A DNA stretch of 64,000 bases, taken from the NCBI GenBank assembly GCA_031835245.2, contig JAVKOQ020000014.1, positions 1-64,000 on the forward strand, written 5' to 3'. A program made the translations under genes and the position numbers. Below the pieces are notes generated by a model that was not told the DNA's origin, made no database searches, and was given only the letters and a program-made list of their open reading frames with translations. This document shows positions 1-12,113 of this stretch, piece after piece. Source of the DNA: Balamuthia mandrillaris. Taxonomy: Eukaryota. Numbering within the stretch: position 1 is the first letter of the stretch; each line of letters begins with the position of its first letter.

Positions 1-121
1 CCCGTTGGTTGCACCACCACCGCACTTTAGGGTTTTTATTTTGTTTGTTTGTTTGTTAGTTTGTTTGTTTGTTGGTAGCATTTCGTTGGTTGGTTGGTTT
101 GCATTGTAACTTAAGGCTCAT

Positions 122-3100
122 ATGTTTCCAGTTGCTGCTATTGGTAGCCCAGAGGCCGAAGCTGAGATCCTCAGCAAATTTAACCCCAGCAATCATGCGT
201 TCTTTTTAACCCTTTATCTCTCTTTTCTCTTTTCCTTTTGTCCATCATTGTTATTATGGTTATTGCTGTTGGGGTTATTGGTTTATTTTTTTTGTTTCCT
301 TGTGAGTAACTGAGCCTCTGTGTTTTTCTTTCTACCTACCAACCAACCAACCAACCAACCAACCAACCAACCAACCAACCAACCAACCAACCAACCAACC
401 AACCAACCAGACTCATGGAGAGTACATCTCAGGATAGGTGTCTTGAGCGGTAACACTCGCTTAGCCACACTGCAAGCCTTGCTAAAGGCAAAGCAAGCAG
501 CAGTCAATGCAGCAGCAGCGGCGGCAGCAAGTTCAGCATCGCTATCCCCTGCTGCTGCTGCTGCTGCTTCACTTGGCCTACCTTCATCATCGCAAGAGAG
601 CCCCATGCCTTCTGGTGGGACCATCAACAGCATTCTCTTCACTCCTCCTTCTACTCCACTGAGAACCACAGCTATTGTAGCTGCCTCGCCTACTAGCCCC
701 CCCTCTGCCTCTTCATCAGCTGCTGCTGCTGCTGCTGCTGCTGCCTCTTCTCCTCAGCAAAGGGTGGCAGCAAAGTTGTCGGACAGCGATCTTAACGCGG
801 TGTATCGTTCGGCTAGCGATGTAGTACGGCGTTATCAGCTCGCCGATGAGAACGGCGCATGGTTATCGCCACTTATGCCCATCTACGGTCGATATTTCAA
901 CATTATTCATCTACTGTCACTGCCGGTGCATCAGATTGTGTCCATGGTGGAAGACCCCAACACCAAAGTGAAGCCCCGAGAATGGTCATTTGCAGACACG
1001 TTGCTGAAACTGGCCAATGCCGTGCAACTATCAAAAACTGAGTATGTTCTTCTTTTTATTTATTTGTTTGTTTGTTTGTTTGTTTGTTTGTTTGTTTGTT
1101 TGTTTGTTTTTATATGGCCCTTGGTTATCTGACCTAACTACCTCTCAACTTACTGCTATGTGTATGTGTTGTGTTGTTGCATTGTCAGTGCAATGGATCA
1201 GATTCAAAGCAACAGGGCCTTGAAAGTGGCGCTTGCTGCTGCAGAACATATTTTCGATGAGGCCAAATCAAAGAAAAGCCTACCTCCACGGGAGACGCTC
1301 CCCTATTTTGTGCTCACCAAACAGGATTTGCCAGCAGCTCATGCGAAATCCTTTACACTCAACGCTTTTAGACAAGATCTCTCCCTGGTGGAGCATATGT
1401 CCATCGACGTTATTTCCCAACTGGCAGCAGAGAACCGGGGTCTCATTTCGAAAACCGACTTTCGTCTGCTGCACCCCTTGGCTCCAGCCATCCAGAAGCA
1501 GTTGGTGTTTTATTATTACATTCCCATGGTGGTCAGCCCTCCATCTGAAGTAAATACAGAGCTAAGCAAAACCTTTCTGAGGTTTTGTAGACGCAAGGTC
1601 CGTTTATCATTATCTGTTTGTTTGTTTGTTTGTTTGGTTGGTTGGTTGGTTGGTTGATTGTTTCAATTGGTGGGTGGGTGGGTGGAAGGAAAGTGCTAAC
1701 TCTCGCTTACTTTGGGTGGCTGCAGGCCCAAAACGAGGGAATCATCCAGGAATTGGGTGATATCGTGGCCAATGGCTTACGCTGCCATGGCAGCATCGTT
1801 GAAGGACCCTGGATCGTCAACGGTCTGGAAAATCCACGGTGGAAGTGGCTGGCGCAATCCATTCGCAAGGGTCATTGGGACGTGCTGCATCAGGCCGCTC
1901 TTGGTCTTGACCGTGGCAAAGAAGTCTTGCCGATGGATCCATCGCAACAACAACAACCGTTGGATGCGACTTCCTCCCAGTCCAGCAGCAGCAGCAGCAG
2001 CAGGTTTTATGAGACACCAACTGGAAGTTGGATCCGTAACCTCATTAACGCTGCAGTGTATAGCATTCTGAAGGAGATGCCCTCCTCGGATGAACGGCGC
2101 AACCGCAAAGGACGCGTTTTTCAGGGTTCCTTCACCCGGGAAGAACTGTTGTTAGTATATAGACAACTCCCTCTCGGCCTGCAGAAACTTTTCATGTTAT
2201 TACGGGCCAAAACTATCCAGTATGTTGCTCCTCTTTCGCTTGGTTGCTTGCTTGCTTGCAATGCAAGACATGTTATCCTTGCCACCTCTCTATATTCCCT
2301 TTGCCTGTTTACTCACTCGCTCGCCTCCTTGCTTGCTTGCTTGCTCATAGTGATAGCGCAACACACGAGGAGAATACCCGTTTGCCACCGCTGCGCCAAG
2401 AATGGTTGAACGAGTCATCTTTGGCAGATGCTCTAATGTCAGCTACCCCCTCAAAGCCAACAACGAGCAGCCATCGAACCAAAGTGCAACAAAAGGCGAT
2501 ATTAGCAGGAGGGGAAGAGGAGGAGGAAGAAGAAGAGGAAGAAGGTGAAGAGCAACAACAACAAGAAGAAGAAGCGGCAGTGATGGAGGAAGATCCAGAA
2601 GCCTTCTTATATCCCCCATTGGACGGCCAGCAATTAGAGCAAGCAGCCCGAACGGAAGCGATGGTAGAGAAACAGCATTCCGCCAAGGAAAAGTTGTTCC
2701 AATACCGTATGAAGCTAATCCATTATTGTCCTCCCTTTACGGTGCAAGAAGCCTTGGCAGAGAACGCGTTGAACTTTGCCAGTCTGAAATCCTTGAAAGG
2801 CATGCGCATTTCTACCAGCATCAACCTTTCTGGACCTTTGGAGGATGTCAAGCGGTTGATGCTTGCTGTTCGTCGCTGCTTGGTGAAGGAAGCGCAACAA
2901 CATAATACTCCGCTGGAGTTGGATCCTTTGGATAGAAAGCTCTGGAAGACACGCATTCGTCATCCGGTTCGTTCTCAGCTGGAGCGAGTGTGGCCGCACA
3001 TCACACTGGAAAAATCCAGCAAACCTGAGCGACGGCGAAGCAAAAGCAAAAGCAAAAGCAGCAGCAGCAGCAGCAGCAGCAGCAAAAGCAAGAACAAGAG

Positions 3101-3393
3101 TAAAGCTAGCAGCAGCTCTGCTACCACTAAAGTGCCTGCAGACCAGTTATACAATGCAGCTGCTATTGTGCATGTAAAGGACTTGCCTGAGCTGGATGCT
3201 ATATCACCACTCGCGGCTGATTGGTAAGTTGTTTGTTTATTTGTTTGTTTGTTTGTTTCATAGGAAAGGAACAATTCACCACTCTCTACCAACCTCCTCC
3301 CATTTACTCGCTTTTTAACTTTTTGTCTTTCTTTCTCTCTCTTTTTCTCTTTCTTTCTCTCTCTTTATTTCTCTCTCTTTATTTCTCTCTCTT

Positions 3394-3431
<38 letters not shown>

Positions 3432-5172
3432 TCTCTCTCTCTCTTTCTCTTTCTCTTTCTGTCATTCTCCAGGGATTTACAATATGTGGATCAATTGGAT
3501 AACAAAACATGGCAGCCTATCCATACCACCTCTACCCAAGTCGGCAATACAGAAATGAAGAGGGAGAAGCATCGTGCCAAACGCCATTCTGTTAGGCACC
3601 AAAAAGCCATGGACAAGCTGGCTCAGAAGAGCAGTGAGCTGCAGCAAGACATCTCTGTCGATGCCAGCCCCTGTATAGACTTGACAGAGTTTTTTGGGCC
3701 TGACCTTCGCTCTTTTGCTGCTGTAGACCAGAGTAGTTTGGATGATGCGGAGTTTAATCTCGATGATGGCAGTATCCTGGGTGGTGGTGGTGGTGGTGGT
3801 GGTGGTGGTGGAAGTGGTAGTGGAAATGCTACCTCAGCTGGTGTGTTCGTAGACACAATGGACCTAGCAGCAACAGCAGAAACAGCGCAGCAACAACCAA
3901 GCTCAACAAAGCGCCCAAGAGCTATGTCCTCTTCTGCCTCTTCCTCTCCTGTGACAAGCAAGAAGCCACGGAAAGCGGATGATGATCAACTGTTGTTGGA
4001 AAAAAAGAAAAAAAAGCAACAACAGAAGCAGAAACAGAAGGACAAGGAGAAGCAGAAGCAGAAGCAGAAGCAACAGCAGAAAAAGAAGAAGAAGGAGAAA
4101 GAGAAGGAGAAGGAGAAGCAGAAGCAGAAGCAGAAGCAAAAGCAACAACAGAAAAAGAAAGAGAAGGAGAAGGAGAAGGAACAGGAGAAGGAGAAGCAGA
4201 AACAACAGCAGAAAAAGAAACAAAAGAAGACTGCCACCGAGTCAGAGGAGTCCGAAGCCTCATCCGCATCAGAGGCATCAGATAAGTCGGAGGAGTTTGA
4301 GGCCTCATCTGAGTCAGAGGCATCAGATAAGTCAGTGGAGTCAGGCAAGTCAGAGGAAGAGGAGGAAGAGGAGGAAGAGAAGGAGGAGGAGGAGGAGGAA
4401 GAACCCAAGAAGACAGAGAAGCTTGCAACTTCCACCAAGTCTACTGCTCCTAGCATCAGCAGTAACAGCAGCAGCAGCAGCAGCTCCTCAGATGATGATG
4501 ATGATGAGATTGCCAGTCTCATGAGCCTTGATATCACTAATGTAGCAGGTAAGAGGCGCTCACGTTTGGTGTTACTTACAACAACTCACATATGCACTAA
4601 CCACACTTGCTGGCATGCATGTATACATGCATGCATGCAGATACACGTGATGGTGCTGGAGATAGCAAAACAAAGTCAGATATTCCCAACCAGACAGCTC
4701 CTTCAACAGCTGCGATGGTGGATAAAGATATTGATGATTCCATACTGAGTGTTGGAATGTATGTATTTTTATTTCATTTGTCCATTCGAGTTTGGTTCTC
4801 TATCTGTCCGTCTGTCTGTCCATCTGTCCGTCAGTTTTTCTACTAGCTTTGTGTTTTGTCTCTCTTTTGTTGGTTTACTCGTTTTCTGTTTGTTTGTTTG
4901 TTTGTTTGTTTGTTTGTTTGTTTGTTTGTTTGTTTGTCCTCTTCCTCGTGGTGTTTTTTTTTGGGCTTTTCAGTTGCAATTCTATGCTTATACAGTGGCG
5001 CTCCGTCGGAGCGGCAGCTTTTTAACTCCAGTTTTGTTCTTATTATTATTTGTATTTCTTGTTGGTTGTCTTTTTGGTGTTGATTGTTTAGCGCTCCAGC
5101 GGAGCGCTATCTTTTTGGAGTTTGTTTGCACTGTTATGCCTTTGTGATTTCTCATTCAAGCCTTACTGATTT

Positions 5173-5204
<32 letters not shown>

Positions 5205-5623
5205 CTAGTATCAAAAAAACCTGCTAATGGCCCAGAGAAACAAGCAGCAGCAGCAGCAGCACAAAATGAAGAAGAGGAGGAGGAGGAAGAAGAACAAGAA
5301 GAAGAAGAAGAAGAAGAAGAAGAAGAAGAAGAAAAAGAAAAAGAAAAAGAAGAAGAAAAAGAAAAAGAAGAACCAAAAGCAGCAGAAGCAGAAGCTGGCG
5401 AAAAAGAAGCAGAAAAACAGAAAGAAGAGGAAAACACAAGTGCTACTAAGAGCCCTAGCAGCAAATCTACGCGCAAGGCTGCAGCTGCTGCTCAAAAGGC
5501 TATTGCTACTGCTGCTGCCAAATCATCTTTGCAAAGAGCTGCTGCTGCCGTGGCTGCCTCATCTAGCAGTAGCAGCAGAAAAGGAGCCACAACTCGTTCA
5601 CAACGCTGTAACTCAGGTAGGTG
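122..5623 (+). CDS. Large multi-exon orphan protein (about 8 exons) with Ala/Ser/Glu/Lys low-complexity tracts; no recognisable domain
   Basis: Consecutive + strand ORFs (320-1132, 1160-1657, 1618-2409, 2244-3227, 3486-4748, 4607-4846 and an acidic exon at ~5209-5623). They are separated by GT..AG introns filled with (AACC)n, (GTTT)n, (GGTT)n, (GCTT)n or (CT)n. Start and end are approximate. Confidence 0.6.
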
Positions 5624-6024
5624 ATCTCTTCCTCTTTTTCGTTATATTAGTTTGGTTGTTTGAGAGAAAGCTTGAGTTAGTTGATTGGTTGGTTGGTCGG
5701 TGGCAATAATACTGGTTAAACAATGGATGGATGGATGGATGGATGGATGGATGGATAGATGGATGGATGGTAGAACAGTGATGGTGGTGGAGGCAGTGAT
5801 GGTGATGGTAAGAGTTGTTAAGCATAGCATGGTGAATAAGGGAGTGAGTGACATGACAAACAAGCAAAAACAGTAGTATTGTTGCAAATAATAATACTAA
5901 TAGAAAGACAACAAGAAATGTAAACAAACAAAGAATGAAAAGGCAATTATAAAAATGAACCTCCTGCTACTGCCAGATGTAAAAAGGAAAGAAAGAAAGA
6001 AAAAAAGAAAGAAAGAAAGAAAAA

Positions 6025-6060
<36 letters not shown>

Positions 6061-6366
6061 AATGATAAAGAATGGAAAGGAGAGGAAAAACAAAGCAAGT
6101 CTCCAAATAGTTCTCATTATTTATTATTATCTATATCTTCATTCATCCAGACTAGACCTACTAACTTCTTGTTTCTTTTGTTTCCATTTGTTGTTTGTGT
6201 TTGTGTTTGTGTCTACAATTTGCTTGTTTAACAACAACAACAAACAGAAGATAATATATCTATTCCTGCTGTCTTTGACCAACCATCATCACTAAATAAC
6301 AACAACAACAACAACAAAGAGGTAGCAATAGCAACAGCAGCAGCAACAGAAGAGGATGATGAAGTA

Positions 6367-8297
6367 ATGATTGTCTCAATATCATCATCCTCATCCTCAT
6401 CAGCAACATCTTTCAATCATCACTTTGCTCCCTATCAGGCTCTCAACACTCAGTCATTTGTTCGCAAGCAGTTTTTGGATCATTATTTGTTAAAAACACC
6501 ACCACCAGCTACTGTTGTTGCTTCTGCTCCTGTTATTGTTGTTGATAATCCTGCAGAGCTCTTTTCACCTCCTCCATTTTCTGCATCACCCTTTTCATCC
6601 ACTACTACCACCATTACTCCCACTTCATCATTTACTCAATCACAACCACAACAACTACAACAACAACAACAACTACAACAACAATCATTAGAAAGGACGA
6701 CCTCTTCTTCTTCTTCTTTTTCTTCTTCTTCTGCTTTTTCTTCTTCTTCTTCTTCTTCTTGTTCTCCTTCTTCTCCTCCTCCTTCTTCTTCTTCTTTTCT
6801 CCCTTCTTCTCCTCCTTTTTCTTCTTCTTCTTCATCTTCTTCATCTTCTTCTTCTTCTTCTTCTTCTTTGTGTTCTTCTTCTTCTTCTTCTTCTTCTTCT
6901 TTTTCTTTTTCTTCTTTTTCTTCTTCTTCTGCTTTTTCTTCTTCTTCTTCTTCTTCAAATTCAGAGTCCTTTGTCTTTGAGAACAATGATGGTGATGTTA
7001 TGGATAGCGGTGATGACAGTAATTTATCATCATCATCATCATCATCATCATCCTCATTAAGAGGAAGAAGAGGAGGAGTAGAAACAGATATAGATGCAAC
7101 AAGCAAAACAACAACTCCACCAACATTGATAGATTTGTTGTTGTTAACTGAAGACGAAGAAGAAGATGAAGAAGAACAAAAAGAAGAAAAACAAGGAAAA
7201 AAGAGAAAAATAGAGAAACAACAAAATAGAGCTAGAACAAAGGATGATACTGATGATAATACTACACATGACAGCAGTAGTAGTAATGGTGGTGGTGATG
7301 GTGCAGGAAGACGTCTTTCTCGTGCTATCACATTGATGAACCGTTTGACAGAAGAGCGATGGACAGAGTTGACGGCAGTGACGAGTTGATGGAGCCCTTC
7401 TACCCAACGTAAACATGCCTGGACTTTGACCATCTGGGAAGCACATTGTGCGCATCATAAATGTTTGCCAGCTCTTCCTTTGAATCTCCAACGTCATAAC
7501 GTAGGAGCCTTTGTTCAATGGTTGATTTTGGATGTGGGTTATGCCTTGAGCTCTGTGCGTGATGTCATGATTGCCAGTCTTTATCGTTTGCATGATGAAA
7601 GTATCCAACAACAGCTTGACTCCCTTTCTGCATCCTCCTCCTTCTCCTCTTCCTCCTCCTCCTCCTCCTCCTCCTCTGTTTCCTCCATGATCTCTTCGTC
7701 TCCAGCATCATCATCACCTACCACTTCTCCTCCTCCTTCTCCTTTATCCAGAACCATTCTTGGTGATGGTGTCACTCGAGTAGCCACAACAGGAGCGACA
7801 GGACGCACTACAGCATTGACGGCAACCTCAGACCATGCTTACTTGTTGTTGCTAAAAAACCAAATGGATGCCATCAAAGATCAAGTCAAACAGGCCATTC
7901 GGCATTGCAAAAGAGCCAAACCCTCCTGTTCTAGCAAACAATTGTGCAAAGACGCATGTTTGTTAGATGATGTCTTACATATCATCGCATCCACTCCAGA
8001 TGGACTGGTGAGCAAAGCTGGTGAAGCCAGTTGTTGGTTACACAGTGTTTGTACTGGTGCCAGAGCCATTACAGCTGCAAACATTCGTTTGGGTGATATT
8101 GTGGCATTTCGACCTAAACTTTCATCCTCCTCTTCCAACAACAACAACAACAACAACAATGGCAACCTCAGCTGCCATCACCAAGAGGATGCATTTTCTG
8201 CTCCTCCTCTTTATTTCCTTTCGTTGCGCCAACAAGTCACCAAAGGAATACCAAATCATTGGAATCATGTCGTTACATTTGAAGGTTATTTAACACC

Positions 8298-8331
<34 letters not shown>

Positions 8332-9322
8332 TCATCACGAGGATCATCTTCTTCACCATCACCATCATCATCATCACCACTTAGCACCGTCACTGCTACG
8401 ACCTCTGCTGCCGCCGCTGCCACCACCGCCGCCGCCACATCAACAACATCAACACCAAGCATTTGTCTTGGAGATTTTATTTACTGGTTAAACAAGCATC
8501 TGTTATGCAAGCATGGTTTGGATTTGCGCGAGTTTCACAACTGGCGCTTAACGGATGCACAAAAACAAACATCATTATGGGGATGGTCATGCGATACTTT
8601 AAATGCCAAGTTGCAAGATCGGGCTGTTCGGGCTGGTTATCCTGAAGGATTGTTTTCCTTTCACTCCTTGCGTGCTGGCTTCCTTTGCACTGCCTTGATC
8701 TTGGAGGGACTGCAGGAAGGTCACAGTCAGAACAATGTACTGGATACTACTGCCCTTATTGCAGGTTGGGTACCTCGTGGTAGATCCCAGCAAGTCTACG
8801 TCAAGGATACATTAAAACGTGCTATTGTGGCCAATCGCTTGGTCAGCAATGTTACTACTCATCCTCATTCTTCTTCTTCTTCTTCTTCTTCTTCTTCGTC
8901 ATCTTCATCCTCTGTTGCAACTACCACTGCTGATTATCATCCTCCTCGACATTGCGGTTTGTTACTGCTCATCTGATTTTTGTTTTTTCTTTTGTTTTTT
9001 CTTTGGCTGGGCTAGCTGCCTGACCAGCAGTAATAAACCACCACCACCACCACCACCACCACCACCACCACCACCATTACCACTTGATGGACTGACTTGC
9101 TCTCTTTTTGGTTCTTTTCATCCTCACTCCCTTGCATGCATACAGTTATTGCTCCAGAGCTAGTTACCAAAGAAGCATTTCACAATCTATCCCCAGATGC
9201 TTTGCAACAATCCAACTGGTCTGCAGATACCAACTATCAGAGTTTTATTCATGCTGTTCGCCAACGGTTTGTTTGTGTGTTGTTTGTTTGTTTTGTTTGC
9301 ATAGTATCCACCACCATCACCA

Positions 9323-9374
<52 letters not shown>

Positions 9375-10565
9375 TTATTTATCTATCCAGTCAGTCATGG
9401 CTTGTTTGTTTGCTTGCTTGCTTGCATTCAAAAATGCACCCTTAGACCTAGCGCTCAGCTAGAACGCACAGGTTTATTGTGGCAGCAGCAACATTCATAG
9501 TCTAAACAATAATTGTTATGATTGGTCTTGGTTCATTTGTTTTTCTTTTGACATTCACTCACACTTTGTTTTTTGTCTCTTTTCCCTTTTTCTTTCTTTC
9601 CCTCTTTCTTTCTCTCGCTTTCTCTTTCTCTTTCTCTTTCTCTTGTTCTTTCTTTCTTTCTCGCTTTCTTTTTCTCTCTTCTTCTTCGTTTACACTGCTT
9701 CTTTAGGTGGTTCATGAAACGAACAGATTTGCCAACCAAAGATCAACAAATACGATTTTATCACTCCTTGTGGCTTGAATGTTGTACCGCTTGGGTAGAA
9801 AATCATCCAGATGAGTTTGATAAGGATGTGCTAGCTGAAGCTGCAGCCACCTATGAGGCCAAAAACAAATCTCCTCTTCGTTGGCCCAATATTCATCGCC
9901 AGCTGTGCCGTCAACACATCTCTGGCATTCTACAAAGCTTTTTCAGTGGCTTGAATGAGCTGGTGGATGAGTTTGTAGCTCCTATACTTCCCAAGTTGGT
10001 CAATGGATCGCCCATTCACAAAGCATTCCTCACCCCTCGTCAAGAGCAATCATCTTCCTCACTTGCTTCTCTCGATGATGATGATGACAAGAGTCCTGAC
10101 TCAAAAAAACAAACACCACGACGACAACGACTTCGCAGAGCACTTCAGCGACAACAATTGTTATGCAGTCGACTCAAATATCGCAAGAATGGCCATCGGC
10201 AACGGATCGCTTGGCAGGCACCAGAAATCCGTAGACTTGTCACTTGGCGCTTGCGTGATGAATGGTCTTGGTTGGAGATTGCCAAACACTTGCCTACCCA
10301 ACGTCGAACCAACAATGATTGCTATGATAAATGGCGCAATCTCCTCACAGAATTCTCCAACAATCTGGACGCTTTGAAGGCCAAATACTTGGTGGCCCAT
10401 GATGAGGACTTTGACAAATCGGATAATGATGACAATGACAACACTTCCTCCCCATCATCATCTCCTACTTCTACTACCACTACAGTTATATCCATCTTGG
10501 ATGAAGAGGAAGAGACAGAGGAGAATGATGATGATGATGATGATATTATGATTATATCTTGTTAG
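6367..10565 (+). CDS. Tyrosine recombinase fused to a C-terminal Myb/SANT domain; exons ~6367-8956, 9146-9266, 9707-10565; one in-frame TGA at 7387-7389
   Basis: Catalytic motifs: CTGAR (R, 8062), VTKG (K, 8242), FHSLRAG (H 8662, R 8671), IAGW (W 8767), QVYV (Y 8797). Core-binding-like segment WSPSTQRKHAWTLTIWEAHC lies upstream. Introns 8957-9145 and 9267-9706 are GT..AG and phase-compatible (3570 nt spliced). C-terminal IAWQAPEIRRLV..WSWLEIAKHLPTQRRTNNDCYDKWRNL is Myb-like. The frame is also open upstream of 6367, so the true start may be further 5'. Confidence 0.85.
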
Positions 10566-11480
10566 ATTATATAGGTATTCCTATACAAAAATTGAAAAAA
10601 TTGCTACTTTGACCCACTTTATCCGTTAGACTTATAGACTTAGAGTTTTATAGAATGGACCATGGGGAGTTGAATGCCGTAGGTTCTGAGTACCCGCCCC
10701 TAACCCCTAGATAAGAAGCACTAATTGCAACAGTTTGTTCTGTTAACAAAGCTTCTTGAAGCAATGAAGAAGAAGATGAAGAAAAAGATGAAGAAGATGA
10801 AGAAGATGAAGAAAATGTAGAGATACTGTCTTCTGGTTGTTGCATACCTATTATAATGTTTTAAAATAATAAGAAACACAACAAATAACAAAAACAATAA
10901 AAACAACACTTTAGCAACAAACCGTTGGAAAAAAGATGGCTGTTAAAGCTCACAATCAGCACTACAAGATTTAAAAGTGCTCTGGTGTGTGGTTCTTTCT
11001 TCTTTCTTTTTGTTTTTCGCGAAAATCGAGTAGCATTTGTGCAAAATTTGTGCACAATACAGTTTTAGTGCTTTGTTCTACCAAAAATATTCTAACTCTG
11101 TAACACTTTATTAATACCTAACATATAATATATCTTCTTATAGCCCTTGAGTTGCTCTTTAAGATGATACTATTATTATATTTTAAAAGCTGATTCTTAG
11201 GTCAAAATCAAGCATAGAACCCTAACCTTTTCCCTTATTTATTTATTCAATATTAATGAAATACCTTTTACACATTCATTTATTCATTAATTATCTATTT
11301 ATCTATTCATTTATCAGTTTTACAAACATTTTCTATTATTTTAAAATACAAAATTATGTATAAAATTAATTACTTAGTCATAAAATATTTTTACTCTTTG
11401 TAAATAAGCTTAAAATTCCCTTTTTTCAATCATTTTGGCTTAGAGAATGTTGAAATTTTTTCTAAGTTTGAAATTTTTGC

Positions 11481-11520
11481 TATGGAACCAGGGAACCAAG
11501 CAGGTTCCCTTGGTTCCATA
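11481..11520. repeat. Near-perfect inverted repeat TATGGAACCAGGGAACC-aagca-GGTTCCCTTGGTTCCATA
   Basis: 17/18-bp arms with one extra T and a 5-bp spacer; a GC-rich island in very AT-rich DNA. Confidence 0.85.
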
Positions 11521-11704
11521 TTTTTGCACCTCAATAACTTTGTTACAACTTAATGAAACACCAAACTGTTTGTTATAGCAAATACTTCAAGTATTGTTCT
11601 TCCTTTGGACATATTTATCTTTATGATATACCTTATACTTGTCCAGCAAAGGGTAGCCTTAAAACAAGGCTGATTCCTATACTTACTTTTTCTCTTTTTT
11701 AACA

Positions 11705-12082
11705 TCCTCATTCCCTTGCAGTTATTGCCCCAGAGTTAGTTATCAAAGAGGCTTTTCACAATCTATCCTCAGATGCTTTGCAACAATCCAAGTGGTCTAT
11801 AGATATCAACTATCAAAGTGTTATCTATATTATTTGCCAATGGTTTGTTTGTTTGTTTTTTTTTCCTCTGCTTGTTGTTGTTTGTTTCTTTGTTTCAAAA
11901 TGCACCCTTAGACCCAGCACTCAGCTAAAACACACAGGTTCATTGTAGCAACAACAATATTCATGGTCTAAACAATAATTGTTACAATTAATGTTAGTCT
12001 ATTTGTTCTTTTTTTAACATTCATTCACACTTTGTTTTTGTCTCTTTCTCTCTCTCTTTCTCTCTCTTTCTCTCTCTTTTTC

Positions 12083-12113
<31 letters not shown>

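Noticed and set aside
320..5623. Possible gag/RT/RNase H of a DIRS-type retroelement upstream of the YR
   Set aside because: No YxDD RT motif, RNase H pattern or zinc knuckle was seen, and the gene is intron-rich.
3900..7000. Many long poly-K/F/L/S/E ORFs on both strands (also 45200-45900, 47400-47830, 59670-60450)
   Set aside because: These are stop-free translations of microsatellites or antisense shadows of low-complexity exons.
9446..9471. Possible micro-exon within YR intron 2
   Set aside because: Including it breaks the phase with the exon at 9707; direct 9266-9707 splicing keeps the frame.
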